From Acinetobacter phage Acj61: 64,000 nt of DNA. The notes beneath the pieces are model-generated. The model did no database searches. It was not told the DNA's origin and saw only the letters and a program-made list of their open reading frames with translations. Positions within the stretch are counted from its first letter, which is position 1. Each line of letters begins with the position of its first letter. The position numbers and the translations under genes are program-made. Shown in pieces: positions 1-9,275 of the stretch. The stretch lies in sequence record GU911519.1. One strand, 5' to 3'.

Positions 1-86
1 ATGCATTTTTGAATTTCGGGTAAGAAGCCGTAGATCGTAATCATGGTTGAAAATTTCCTTAGTTTGTTGATGTCATAATATCATAT

Positions 87-893
87 TTATGATTTAGCAT
101 CAAGGAGTGAACCACCCATTAATGCGAAAATTCGTTTGTTGAGTTCAGGCAACGGATGTACTCGATTTGTATCGACCGACTTAGGATTCACATTTAGCTG
201 TACACATGCTTCTTGGAATGATTCAAATCGATTGCCGTAATCTTCACGTAAGAAGTTTTCACGTTCTGTGTACTCATGCCAAGTCCCTGTGCAACGACCG
301 GTATCACCTTTGTGAGCTGTTGAACGATCGTACTTGTAATAGTGTTTAAATGGATACGCTTCGAAATCTGGCCCTAATGTGAAAACTGCTTCATAACCTT
401 TTGTGAATGTACGTCCAAGTACTTGACGATACTCTCCACCTTGAGTAAGGTACATCTCACCGATTTGATATGTGAAAGGTGAAACGTATAACTCTTTCGT
501 TAAATTGCCATTAGCGAATTGAATGATAATTTCTTCGATAAGTTTGTATGAACGCATCGTTAGTGCACCTTCACCGAATACTACATGATGTCCAGTGTTG
601 TAATTCTTAGCGAATTCTTGTGCAAGCTGAATGATGTCAGTATCATATGCACCTGTGTTGATCATACGCTGTAATTCGCTATAGATGTCTTCGATACATT
701 CATACGTGTAAAGAGGTTCTATGTCATGAGTTTCAAGAAGCTCTTGAGGGTTGTAGATTGGCTCGCCATAGTAATCATTTACTAAGCGTGCTTCATCTTC
801 AGATACCATGATGATATGCTTGGCAATTCGGATTCTACGTGAACCATCAAATTTAGGACGTAAAACATATTCGCGGTTGATTAAAAGTTCCAT
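87..893 (-). CDS. hypothetical protein (268 aa)
   Basis: Complete ORF in the minus-strand early block. No motif recognised. Confidence 0.55.
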   Translation of the reverse strand: MELLINREYVLRPKFDGSRRIRIAKHIIMVSEDEARLVNDYYGEPIYNPQELLETHDIEPLYTYECIEDIYSELQRMINTGAYDTDIIQLAQEFAKNYNTGHHVVFGEGALTMRSYKLIEEIIIQFANGNLTKELYVSPFTYQIGEMYLTQGGEYRQVLGRTFTKGYEAVFTLGPDFEAYPFKHYYKYDRSTAHKGDTGRCTGTWHEYTERENFLREDYGNRFESFQEACVQLNVNPKSVDTNRVHPLPELNKRIFALMGGSLLDAKS

Positions 894-1214
894 GTGAATT
901 TCCTCATTTCAAGTTAAGTTTAAGCATCTTTACGAGCAGTACCAGATTTACCAAAACGATCAACGTATGCATCAGTGATTACGTTAGCCCATTTAATTGC
1001 GGTTGATGTTGATTTGCAATCTTGGCACTAGCTACAGCGCAAGCAACTCGAGTCTAGACTTCACGTTCAGCCAACTCAAATTCAATGCTGACGTTGTGAT
1101 TAGTGGTTTTAGGTGAAACGTTATCAAAAATATTATCAGCGTTCATGTCATTTCCTTTTAAATGGATGTTTGATTTGATAGGACCATTATACCATGAATC
1201 CTATCAAAAGTAAA

Positions 1215-1454
1215 CTACTTTTTGCAATAATGATCAATTAATTCATTACAAAGTTCGTGGCTAATATCGATCTTGTAACACTCATAGATCGTTGAGGGCA
1301 GATAACTGTTATGTTCAGTGTAACCATGAGATACGATGAATCTCTTAATGTTATCCTTTAACTTTTTAGGTGCTCTACGAAAATATTCATCTATAGAGCA
1401 CTTGTACGTACGTTTCTCCCAGCGATTTCGGCATTGACGTTCTGAAAGGTTCAT
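1215..1454 (-). CDS. hypothetical small Cys-rich protein (79 aa)
   Basis: ORF whose start overlaps the stop of the 1451..2443 gene (ATGA coupling). Confidence 0.4.
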   Translation of the reverse strand: MNLSERQCRNRWEKRTYKCSIDEYFRRAPKKLKDNIKRFIVSHGYTEHNSYLPSTIYECYKIDISHELCNELIDHYCKK

Positions 1455-2443
1455 AGCATCATGATCTCCAATGCTTTGTTAAGAGTTTTGATGTCTGACT
1501 CAGTCCAAACGACTTGCTTGTCTAGTTCAGCCTGACGCTTTTTGATAGTTTCGAGTTCGGCATTCATAGCCTTAAGAGCATCATGACGAGATTCAAGTTT
1601 ATCTTTTATCGCATCAACAGCTACGTTAGCACCATGATTGAGCTCTAATGGACTCTTCATAAATTCACCTTTCTTTAAAACTACGACAAGGCAAGATGTG
1701 TCAACTTCAACACTTCGGACTATGTGCATCATTCGGAACATCTTGGCTAATGAATTGAGAATGCTTTTATACAATTCAGCTTCTTTAGGGCCAAGGCCTA
1801 CTGGTTGACCGGGCTTTTTCGTCAATTTGATACGAAGTACATCGCCGTGAGTACTTGCAGAATAATGTTCTGAATAGACAACAAAGCCCATGTATTCACA
1901 ACCGATATTTCCGCCACCTACATTGATTTTTTGTAGCTTTTGATTTGATCGATTATCTCGTTTAGCAAAACGTCCTTCGATGCCTAATAAATGAGGCCAT
2001 TGGCTACGTAATAATTTTAGTACTGCGTTTGAGCGATGCTGACTTGCATACACGAAATCAGTTGTAGCGCCTTTGATCAAAATCTGGTCGATGCCTTCTT
2101 TGTTTTTAAAGTGAGACATTGATCCGAACTGTTTGAGACGTTGACCAATCAGATATTGCTGCGCAACACGGGACTTCATAATTCGACGAGAAATTCGTTT
2201 GATATCGAATTCTTTAACTAGTGCAACGTCACCTCGAATCAAACTTTCTAAGTCAGCTTCATATTGATCAGAGAATCGATTTGAGATTCCAAATACAATA
2301 GAACGAATTAATGATTCACGATCAGGTATCACAGACAAATCATTTCGTGCAACGATATTTGCTACGCCTTGACGTTGACATTCACCTTCGAATGCTGTTT
2401 CGATAGTTCCAAGAACTAATTGTAAAAATTGAGTTTTATTCAT
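1451..2443 (-). CDS. hypothetical protein (330 aa)
   Basis: Long ORF, same strand as its neighbours. No motif recognised. Confidence 0.55.
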   Translation of the reverse strand: MNKTQFLQLVLGTIETAFEGECQRQGVANIVARNDLSVIPDRESLIRSIVFGISNRFSDQYEADLESLIRGDVALVKEFDIKRISRRIMKSRVAQQYLIGQRLKQFGSMSHFKNKEGIDQILIKGATTDFVYASQHRSNAVLKLLRSQWPHLLGIEGRFAKRDNRSNQKLQKINVGGGNIGCEYMGFVVYSEHYSASTHGDVLRIKLTKKPGQPVGLGPKEAELYKSILNSLAKMFRMMHIVRSVEVDTSCLVVVLKKGEFMKSPLELNHGANVAVDAIKDKLESRHDALKAMNAELETIKKRQAELDKQVVWTESDIKTLNKALEIMML

Positions 2444-2556
2444 CTCATGACTCCTCAGTCTATCTGTCCAGTAAATAATAAATTAGTAGTTGTATTGACC
2501 TGAAGGTATTGTATCATACATCCTCCAGGTAGCAATTAGTGGTTTAGATCAAATGA

Positions 2557-3471
2557 TCATTTTTTGTTCAAGCGAGCTTCCGAAACTACAAGAGCTTTAG
2601 CGAGAATATTGATGTCATTATTAAGCTCAAAGATTTCTCTTTCGAGAGCATCTTGTTTAGCCTTTAATGCTTTACGTTCTTCAGTCTTAGCCAATGACTC
2701 TTCACGAAGTTTATCAATAAGGTCTTGCAAAGGCAATTTAGGTGCTATAGGCCTGTTCATTTCACTATCAAGAATTTTATAATTGAATGAAATCCACGTT
2801 TCTCCGTGACCTTTTATTTGCATTGATTTAAATTTCAATTTTGTCATCTTGAGATAGGTTTTGATATCGTCAACTAATTCATTCGCTGGTACAGTTCGAT
2901 TGTGGCCTCGAATATTAACACCAATCTCTTTTGTGTTAGGCTGCAACACAAAGCTGAACTGTACACCTGAATTGCTAATATACTCATTTGGCTTGTACTG
3001 TTCTACACCATGATATGACTTATTACGACCTTTCAAACGGAGATATGCTTTAAAGCCTTGAGTAAATTCTCGTTTGAAAATTTCAAAGAATTGTGGGCTG
3101 ATGTAACCTTGCTCAAGGCGATACATTCCACGAAGTCCTTGGATGTAATAACGATCGCCATAACGATACATGTCAAACTGAGCATTGAGTGCTTTAGTAC
3201 TTGCGAGAACATTAGCAAACTTGTACTTTTTGATTTCTTGCATGATAGCAGGAACATCATAGTTGTACGGAGTCAAGTTAGGCACATATAATTTCTTGAC
3301 AACGTTATCTGCTAAGTGATGATTGAAGTCAAGAAGATTTGTACCATCAATAGCACGTTCAAGAATAAAGCGGATTTCTTGTTTGATGCCTTTGGTATCT
3401 CGACCAGCAAGATTGCCAATAAGACCTTCAAGTTCAGTTTTTACAAATTCGTTAATATCTTTTATAGTCAT
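2557..3471 (-). CDS. hypothetical protein with C-terminal coiled coil (304 aa)
   Basis: Long ORF. The C-terminus is heptad-like and K/E/A-rich. Confidence 0.55.
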   Translation of the reverse strand: MTIKDINEFVKTELEGLIGNLAGRDTKGIKQEIRFILERAIDGTNLLDFNHHLADNVVKKLYVPNLTPYNYDVPAIMQEIKKYKFANVLASTKALNAQFDMYRYGDRYYIQGLRGMYRLEQGYISPQFFEIFKREFTQGFKAYLRLKGRNKSYHGVEQYKPNEYISNSGVQFSFVLQPNTKEIGVNIRGHNRTVPANELVDDIKTYLKMTKLKFKSMQIKGHGETWISFNYKILDSEMNRPIAPKLPLQDLIDKLREESLAKTEERKALKAKQDALEREIFELNNDINILAKALVVSEARLNKK

Positions 3472-3545
3472 GATAATTTATCCATGTTAAGATGATAGTT
3501 CAATTATACACCAAAAAGGGAACCGTGTAAACAGTTCCCTTAAAA

Positions 3546-3986
3546 TTATTTACTCAATGTACGTTTGGCATTGATTTCGAATACTACTGCAGCAGGTGTG
3601 TAGTTAGGACCTGGGCCATCATATTCTTTTTCAAACGACATCTCCATTTGAGTCATGTCTTTGTGTTTGTACATAACTTCATAGAGTTTGCGAAGCTTGT
3701 TAACGTTGCCATTTGGAGCCTTGTAACGATAAGTCCAACAGTCGTCAAACGGGCGTTTATCGATTTGCTCAGCAATGTTCTTTTCTGCGAATTCGAAAAT
3801 CTTTTCAATTTCTTCAATACCAGATTCTTCGTTTTGGCGTCGTGTAATGAGTTCTTTAAAATTAAGCAAGAGAATGTACTCCTTTAGAGATTGCGTATGA
3901 GATTCGTGGCATCGCGAGTCCGGTGCCATAATTGAATGTGATGCCATCAACAGTTCGTTGTCCGTAAGACCCGATTTCGACACCAT
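3546..3986 (-). CDS. hypothetical protein (146 aa; true start probably an internal Met)
   Basis: The ORF overlaps the upstream gene by 124 nt, so the start is probably downstream. Confidence 0.4.
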   Translation of the reverse strand: MVSKSGLTDNELLMASHSIMAPDSRCHESHTQSLKEYILLLNFKELITRRQNEESGIEEIEKIFEFAEKNIAEQIDKRPFDDCWTYRYKAPNGNVNKLRKLYEVMYKHKDMTQMEMSFEKEYDGPGPNYTPAAVVFEINAKRTLSK

Positions 3987-4449
3987 TTAATTCAATGTCA
4001 ACTTCATGATCTTTTTCTTGAACAACTTCCAATTTGTCGCCAGATGGACGATATTTGTGAAAGAAGTCCCATGCGTCAAATTGAGGATTTCGATCAAAAC
4101 TAATCAATTCGAGCTTTAAGAAGATTTCAAAATGAGAATCATCAATGACTTCTTCATTGCGTTGGCAAGGAGTCAGAGCCATGAATGAACCATGTTGACT
4201 CATAGGACGTCCATTCTTTTCGTACTCTTTAATGAGTTGAATGAAACTTTGTTCAGCACTGCCTACATAGAACTTGCCTTTGCGATGATGCCTAGCGAAT
4301 CGATCTGTTGGCATCGTTACTTTGATTGCTTCCCAATCTACACACATTGGTACTGTGATCATTTTGTAACCACGAGATGCATAGAATTCTAGCGCATGGT
4401 ACAGCATAGGTAAATTGATTTCGAAACGTGAGTCCATATTATACTCCAA
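3862..4449 (-). CDS. class II aminoacyl-tRNA synthetase-like catalytic core, truncated (195 aa; AsnA/EpmA/AsxRS-like)
   Basis: Motif-2-like 'ALTPCQRNEEV..DSHFEIFLKLE' (FRNE-type) and motif-3-like 'GTGLAMPRISYA' (GLGIDR-type) in a 195-aa ORF. Confidence 0.5.
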   Translation of the reverse strand: MEYNMDSRFEINLPMLYHALEFYASRGYKMITVPMCVDWEAIKVTMPTDRFARHHRKGKFYVGSAEQSFIQLIKEYEKNGRPMSQHGSFMALTPCQRNEEVIDDSHFEIFLKLELISFDRNPQFDAWDFFHKYRPSGDKLEVVQEKDHEVDIELNGVEIGSYGQRTVDGITFNYGTGLAMPRISYAISKGVHSLA

Positions 4450-4576
4450 AACGGGTTTTGATAAATTCTTCTACAAGCTTGTAAGGTCTTAGAACTCCTG
4501 ATTTCTTAATTGCTGTTATGTGATAACCACTCATACTGATTTCCTCGTTGGGTTATTTGATAAGATCATTATACCA

Positions 4577-4607
4577 CAAAAGGCAGTTTGAAGTAAACTG
4601 CCTTTTT
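4577..4607 (-). terminator. intrinsic terminator followed by a TATAAT -10-like element
   Basis: Minus strand reads AGGCAGTTT-ACTTC-AAACTGCCT-TTTGTGGTATAATG. Confidence 0.55.
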
Positions 4608-4629
4608 AAATTATTTTCAATGTGTGACG

Positions 4630-5106
4630 TTATGATCCGAACAACACTGTACGTTCTGTTGCAGGGCAATACGATATACTAACAATCGAATGAATACCAA
4701 ACTCTCCGTATGGGAGAAATTCTTGTACGTATTCTCTGAGAATTTCGAATGCAGCCTCATAATACTCTTCAGGATTATCCGCATCTTCGTCTTCATCAAG
4801 TAGTGTGATGTCAATATTGTACAATTCTTGAGCAAGCATTCGAATCGTTTCGCGAACTGGCAGGTCAGTGCAATCATATTCAAATTGTGCCCAGTTGTGA
4901 CGAGTTTCACGAGGCATCTTCAACACTTTAGCAAGTGCTTCGATAAATTCGAGTTCTGTGTAGTCCTGAATGGTTTGATACACAGTGCCATTACTGGCAG
5001 TCAGTGCTGGCAATTCCATTGTGTCGACATCATTAATTGTATTTGTTGCTGTGATATAATCTGCATCATTTGTATCGCCAACGATAGTTAAGATGAATTG
5101 AGTCAT
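4630..5106 (-). CDS. hypothetical acidic protein (158 aa)
   Basis: ORF with a D/E-rich C-terminal half. Confidence 0.5.
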   Translation of the reverse strand: MTQFILTIVGDTNDADYITATNTINDVDTMELPALTASNGTVYQTIQDYTELEFIEALAKVLKMPRETRHNWAQFEYDCTDLPVRETIRMLAQELYNIDITLLDEDEDADNPEEYYEAAFEILREYVQEFLPYGEFGIHSIVSISYCPATERTVLFGS

Positions 5107-5115
5107 GATTAGCTC

Positions 5116-5340
5116 CTAAATTACTTTGTATTCGATTATGAATTTGAATCCAGAGATTGTTACTTTCATCTCTGCTACTTGTACATTATTAACCATCCAT
5201 TTGATAAGCATATTAGGATGGCACTCTTTTACAATGTCGTTTGGATAGCCATAAATTGACAACAAACGACGACAAATGTTATTCTCAGTTTCATAGAGCA
5301 GTTTGTGATACTCATCGAGAATTGAACCGACGTTAACCAT
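5116..5340 (-). CDS. hypothetical protein (74 aa)
   Basis: Small ORF tightly packed between neighbours. Confidence 0.35.
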   Translation of the reverse strand: MVNVGSILDEYHKLLYETENNICRRLLSIYGYPNDIVKECHPNMLIKWMVNNVQVAEMKVTISGFKFIIEYKVI

Positions 5341-5878
5341 GCCATTCTCCTAAATATTTTCGAGTTTCGGATTTTAGCCATACACAATTGTTGACTACGA
5401 CAAATTTTCGTAAACGCTTGTTGCTGTTCCACCACCAATAATCTGGATTCTGCAAATCTCGGATCATGTAACCAGCAGCGTTTCGATATGTTGCATAGTG
5501 CTTGTACTTTGGATTCGCTTTAATCTTTTTGATGATCTCATCTACCATTGCACATGGCTTGACCATCGATGCAACGATTCGATCAATGTTGTTCATTTCA
5601 ACTTTGAATCCATGCCAATGAGCAAATCGTCGACGTTCATAAGGACACATACCCCACTTCTGTTTTCGGTCATAGTGCATGTAAGTATTAGTACCTGTCA
5701 TAAACTTTTCGAGTTTACCAGATGGAATACCTGAAGTGTCAACATTAAAATCGCATCCCAGTTGCCAATCAAAGTGGTAGTCCCATGGCAAAGGCTCCGG
5801 TTCATATTCGAAATCCAATGTAAAGGGATCATAATCGTCGAATAGTGGATTTGGGAATTCATTAAACTTTCTTTGCAT
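5333..5878 (-). CDS. hypothetical protein (181 aa)
   Basis: ORF, W/Y-rich. Confidence 0.5.
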   Translation of the reverse strand: MQRKFNEFPNPLFDDYDPFTLDFEYEPEPLPWDYHFDWQLGCDFNVDTSGIPSGKLEKFMTGTNTYMHYDRKQKWGMCPYERRRFAHWHGFKVEMNNIDRIVASMVKPCAMVDEIIKKIKANPKYKHYATYRNAAGYMIRDLQNPDYWWWNSNKRLRKFVVVNNCVWLKSETRKYLGEWHG

Positions 5879-5892
5879 GTTGTGCTCCTGGA

Positions 5893-6153
5893 TTAAAGGA
5901 CCTTGTAGTTCTTTTTGATGATTGTGTTACCTTTAACGATTTTCTCAGGTCGATTCAGCCATTTGTAGATGTGAGGCTTAGTACCGAATGTGCCATTCAA
6001 AATATCAGTGATCATAATCGACTTGACGATGTTATGCAAACTTTCAACTTCAACGATATGTTTTGAAGTTCCATTTTCGATGAATTCCCAAGTTCTTGAG
6101 GATGTTCTAAAGTCTGGTGAATAAACTACTTTACTTACAATTGCGATTTTCAT
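5893..6153 (-). CDS. hypothetical protein (86 aa)
   Basis: ORF. Confidence 0.4.
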   Translation of the reverse strand: MKIAIVSKVVYSPDFRTSSRTWEFIENGTSKHIVEVESLHNIVKSIMITDILNGTFGTKPHIYKWLNRPEKIVKGNTIIKKNYKVL

Positions 6154-6163
6154 ATTTTTTCCT

Positions 6164-6189
6164 CAATGATATAAGGTTCTGATCGAATG
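6164..6189 (-). terminator. hairpin AGGTTCTG/CAGAACCT downstream of the AAA+ ATPase gene
   Basis: 8-bp stem, 10-nt loop, weak U-run. Confidence 0.35.
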
Positions 6190-6207
6190 ACCAGAACCTA
6201 GATTTAA

Positions 6208-7215
6208 TTAACGAAGTTGAGTAACTTCAGCGATTTCTTTCCAGTTTTGGCGATCAGTAATAACGAATGATGCAAGATATAATGCTGTACGAAGTGATAC
6301 ATTGCGAAGACGTTTAACATTATCTTTCATCCATTGCAAAACTTCTACTGTGTCTGCATCACTTAATCCAATACGTTGTAACATATCAGTTGTTGTAATA
6401 ACATCTTCAACTCGAACCATAATCTCTTCGTTTGTGTGAACTCCAAGATCAAGATAAACTGAACGAGATACTAAAGCCATAAGGTGAGGAGCAATTTTAG
6501 TACCACGTTGGATTTCATTATCTATATCGGTGTTTGTAATGAAAACGATTGTACCTTCAAATTCGAATTCATTTGGAATTTCTTTTTCTTCAAGGAAAGA
6601 TGAAGCAGTTGACCAACATACTTTGCGTTTCTCTCCAGAATCAAGTGCAGCTTTAAGAAGGTTTAGAACATCTTCAGAAGAGAAAACGTCTACGTCATCA
6701 AGAAGAAGTACTGAACCTTTCTCTTTAGCATCCCATAAGCGGCAGTATAAACCAATTCCAGAAATTTTACCATTTACTGATGCATAATCGATAATACCAT
6801 TATCATTTGCAGCTTGAAGATCACGATCAAGTGTATAAGTTTTCCCAATACCAGGTGCTCCAGAGATGATGAGAGAACGAATGCTTCCACCGATAATACC
6901 AGAAGTCATAAGATTCATTACGTTGAAGCGTTTGTTGATTCGTGCTTTCATTTCTTCAACTGATTCAACAACAATTGGAGCAGCTAAAGGAGCTTCAAGT
7001 TTAATTGATTGCGGAAGTTGACCTTCGATTTCGTAATCACCGTGGAATACCCAGATTCCGCGTTCTTTACCATTTAAGTTAATGATTACTTTACCATTAC
7101 CTTTATGAACTTCTGCAGGATGAAGTTCTTCAGGGAACCAAGTGTTTAGTAATTCAAATGTACCAGTAACTTCGTTTCCACGGAATGTACCTTTTTTGAT
7201 ATTTACTGTAGCCAT
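6208..7215 (-). CDS. AAA+ family ATPase (335 aa)
   Basis: Walker A 'GAPGIGKT', Walker B 'LLLDDVD', and an N-terminal domain of about 110 aa. Confidence 0.7.
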   Translation of the reverse strand: MATVNIKKGTFRGNEVTGTFELLNTWFPEELHPAEVHKGNGKVIINLNGKERGIWVFHGDYEIEGQLPQSIKLEAPLAAPIVVESVEEMKARINKRFNVMNLMTSGIIGGSIRSLIISGAPGIGKTYTLDRDLQAANDNGIIDYASVNGKISGIGLYCRLWDAKEKGSVLLLDDVDVFSSEDVLNLLKAALDSGEKRKVCWSTASSFLEEKEIPNEFEFEGTIVFITNTDIDNEIQRGTKIAPHLMALVSRSVYLDLGVHTNEEIMVRVEDVITTTDMLQRIGLSDADTVEVLQWMKDNVKRLRNVSLRTALYLASFVITDRQNWKEIAEVTQLR

Positions 7216-7317
7216 GATATTTTCCTCAATTTAAACTAAATGATATATTTGATTTGATAAGACTATTATACACTACTATGGAATCAAAGTAAACCATTTT
7301 GTGAAAATAAATTGAAA

Positions 7318-7479
7318 TTATTTCATAAAATGTCTACATACGACTTCTACTACCGAAGGATTAACTAAGCCATTTGTTGCTACCATAATTCGCTTTACCA
7401 AAGTCATTCGGTCACAGTCTGTCAAATTATTTTCTTCTAGATGAGCGATAAGTTGCTCTTTTGTCCACATGTTTCGCAT
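7318..7479 (-). CDS. small hypothetical protein (53 aa)
   Basis: Below the ORF-track threshold. Its ATG lies 2 nt after the TraR-like stop. Confidence 0.25.
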   Translation of the reverse strand: MRNMWTKEQLIAHLEENNLTDCDRMTLVKRIMVATNGLVNPSVVEVVCRHFMK

Positions 7480-7481
7480 AA

Positions 7482-7778
7482 CTACCTCAATTGGCTATCT
7501 TTTGAGCCGCGTCGATTGTAATAAGATTTGTGAACAGCGTCATGTTCACATTGATGTTTAATGCAGTACTGGACTCCTGGGACAGCCTTTCGTCTGCCTT
7601 CAGGAATAGGCTCATCACAATCAAGACAGAATTCTTCAGATTCACGCTTAGAAGCTAGTTCGAGTTCAAGTCTTGCCCAGTCAACAGCATCATCAATTGT
7701 TGCTTTGTTGGTTTCGAATACTGGATCGTTAGGTCCCCATCCGTTCATGATAATTTCCTCATTATTGCTTAAAGACAT
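7482..7778 (-). CDS. TraR/DksA-family C4 zinc-finger protein (98 aa)
   Basis: 'CLDCDEPIPEGRRKAVPGVQYCIKHQ', two CxxC pairs typical of zf-dksA/TraR. Confidence 0.65.
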   Translation of the reverse strand: MSLSNNEEIIMNGWGPNDPVFETNKATIDDAVDWARLELELASKRESEEFCLDCDEPIPEGRRKAVPGVQYCIKHQCEHDAVHKSYYNRRGSKDSQLR

Positions 7779-7785
7779 TATACTA

Positions 7786-7815
7786 CAAACGGAGAACTAA
7801 GTAAATAGTTCTCCG
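7786..7815 (-). terminator. intrinsic terminator followed by a TATAAT-like -10 element
   Basis: Minus strand reads CGGAGAACTA-TTTACT-TAGTTCTCCG-TTTGTAGTATAATG. Confidence 0.55.
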
Positions 7816-7822
7816 GAATTAA

Positions 7823-8104
7823 TTACATTGCAGAATATGCTAAAATCAAGATGAACAAGATCAGCATAGGAATAAACGACGATAGTTTCGTGATTTTTGA
7901 TTCAACATTCGAAACTCTGTTTGCGAAGTTTTGAGGAGACTTGATCACAAACTTGTTCTGCCATTCGAGCGAACTGATTGGAAATTCACAATCATTGTTC
8001 TTAACCCAAAGTGTGATCAAGTCACCAGACTTGCGAACTGATGAAATCTGGAAGATTTGCAGCATTGACCAAATGATGATGTATTGTCCTTCTTTGTACT
8101 TCAT
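7823..8104 (-). CDS. hypothetical protein (93 aa)
   Basis: ORF with a hydrophobic C-terminus. Confidence 0.4.
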   Translation of the reverse strand: MKYKEGQYIIIWSMLQIFQISSVRKSGDLITLWVKNNDCEFPISSLEWQNKFVIKSPQNFANRVSNVESKITKLSSFIPMLILFILILAYSAM

Positions 8105-8114
8105 GATGATCTCC

Positions 8115-9179
8115 TTAAACTCGATAGCCTAATGATTTCTCTACTTCGTAAAGATATGTGTTGTGAACAAAGTTTTCCCAGAATTGGCGATCAACTTTAG
8201 CTGGCATACCATTTTTGCCTGCTGTTACACATGCTTTATCAACATCGACGATCAGGTCTTCAAGACATTCTTGGAAGGCTTTGAAGTTGATTTCACCTGC
8301 TTTGATTTGCTTAACAAATTCAGCTTGTCCAAGTGGATACTTCAGATCGCCTGTTTGATAGATTTCAAGCAACTGGATTCCACCTCGATAAGCATGACTC
8401 AGAGCTTTCCAATCGATACCTTCATTTGACTCTGCTTGACGTGCTCGAGCTCCATATTCATCCCATACTCGAGCTAGTTTCTCTTTAAGCTCGGATACTC
8501 GAATTGTGAGTTGGTGTTTGCGTCCTAACACATTATAGAACTCATTACCTTTCTCATCGACTTCTAATGAAGCAAATTCATTAAGAGGCAGCTTATCTTT
8601 GAAGTCTTTCAACTTATTGATTCGAACTGTGCTGATGTGACCAAGCTCAGAGAAGTTTTGATGTTTCGTCATTGCTTCATCTAAAGCCTGTTTGGCAGAA
8701 ATGTGACGTTCATCAGGCAATGTTACTACAACTTCTAAGACTTGGCGAAGAGCTGCAAGACGAGTTCCTTTGATGCCATATTTTGCTGCTTGTTTCTTGA
8801 CATAGCCAAGATATGCTTTCATATCAGTTGTATAGAAACGATGACGATTCTTTTGAATGTAGTTCCAAGTTGCATTGTGTTCAGCGAAGTTTTGATGAAC
8901 AGGAGTGTGAAGCATATCAATTGCAATGGTTTCACCTTTGGAAGCTAATTCAATGAAGTACTTGAGAGAGTAGTATTCACGATCTACGTCTTCTGAAGTG
9001 TTCTTCGAATTCTTAGTGTTTGTATCACGATTAAAATGAGATGGACCATTGCCAAGGATGATTTCTCGTGCTGTTGGTAAGAAGATTGCTTTGAAATCTT
9101 GGTCGCTTGTTGGAGTGTTCGTGCCATAAAGAGTTGAACCAAAAACTCCGTCGAAAATGATTTTGTGATCGATATTCAT
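8115..9179 (-). CDS. Pol-beta superfamily nucleotidyltransferase (354 aa)
   Basis: N-terminal 'GSTLYGTNTPTSDQDF', the GS-x(9-13)-DxD hallmark. Confidence 0.6.
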   Translation of the reverse strand: MNIDHKIIFDGVFGSTLYGTNTPTSDQDFKAIFLPTAREIILGNGPSHFNRDTNTKNSKNTSEDVDREYYSLKYFIELASKGETIAIDMLHTPVHQNFAEHNATWNYIQKNRHRFYTTDMKAYLGYVKKQAAKYGIKGTRLAALRQVLEVVVTLPDERHISAKQALDEAMTKHQNFSELGHISTVRINKLKDFKDKLPLNEFASLEVDEKGNEFYNVLGRKHQLTIRVSELKEKLARVWDEYGARARQAESNEGIDWKALSHAYRGGIQLLEIYQTGDLKYPLGQAEFVKQIKAGEINFKAFQECLEDLIVDVDKACVTAGKNGMPAKVDRQFWENFVHNTYLYEVEKSLGYRV

Positions 9180-9235
9180 AATGATCTCCAGTTAATATAA
9201 GAGCAATTATACTACAATTTGTGTTGTGTGTAAAC

Positions 9236-9270
9236 TAAAAATGGGAATTATTTTGAAAATAATTCCCATT
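9236..9270 (-). terminator. 15-bp perfect palindrome terminator AATGGGAATTATTTT/AAAATAATTCCCATT
   Basis: Minus strand reads the palindrome followed by TTTTTAG, downstream of the 9276..9572 gene. Confidence 0.65.
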
Positions 9271-9275
9271 GGTTA

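Noticed and set aside
2564-2782. Short plus-strand ORFs throughout the 1-14.7 kb block (e.g. 2564..2782, 3058..3291, 6530..6787, 8163..8429, 9978..10394)
   Set aside because: All sit antisense within longer, coupled minus-strand genes. They are typical shadow ORFs in AT-rich phage DNA.
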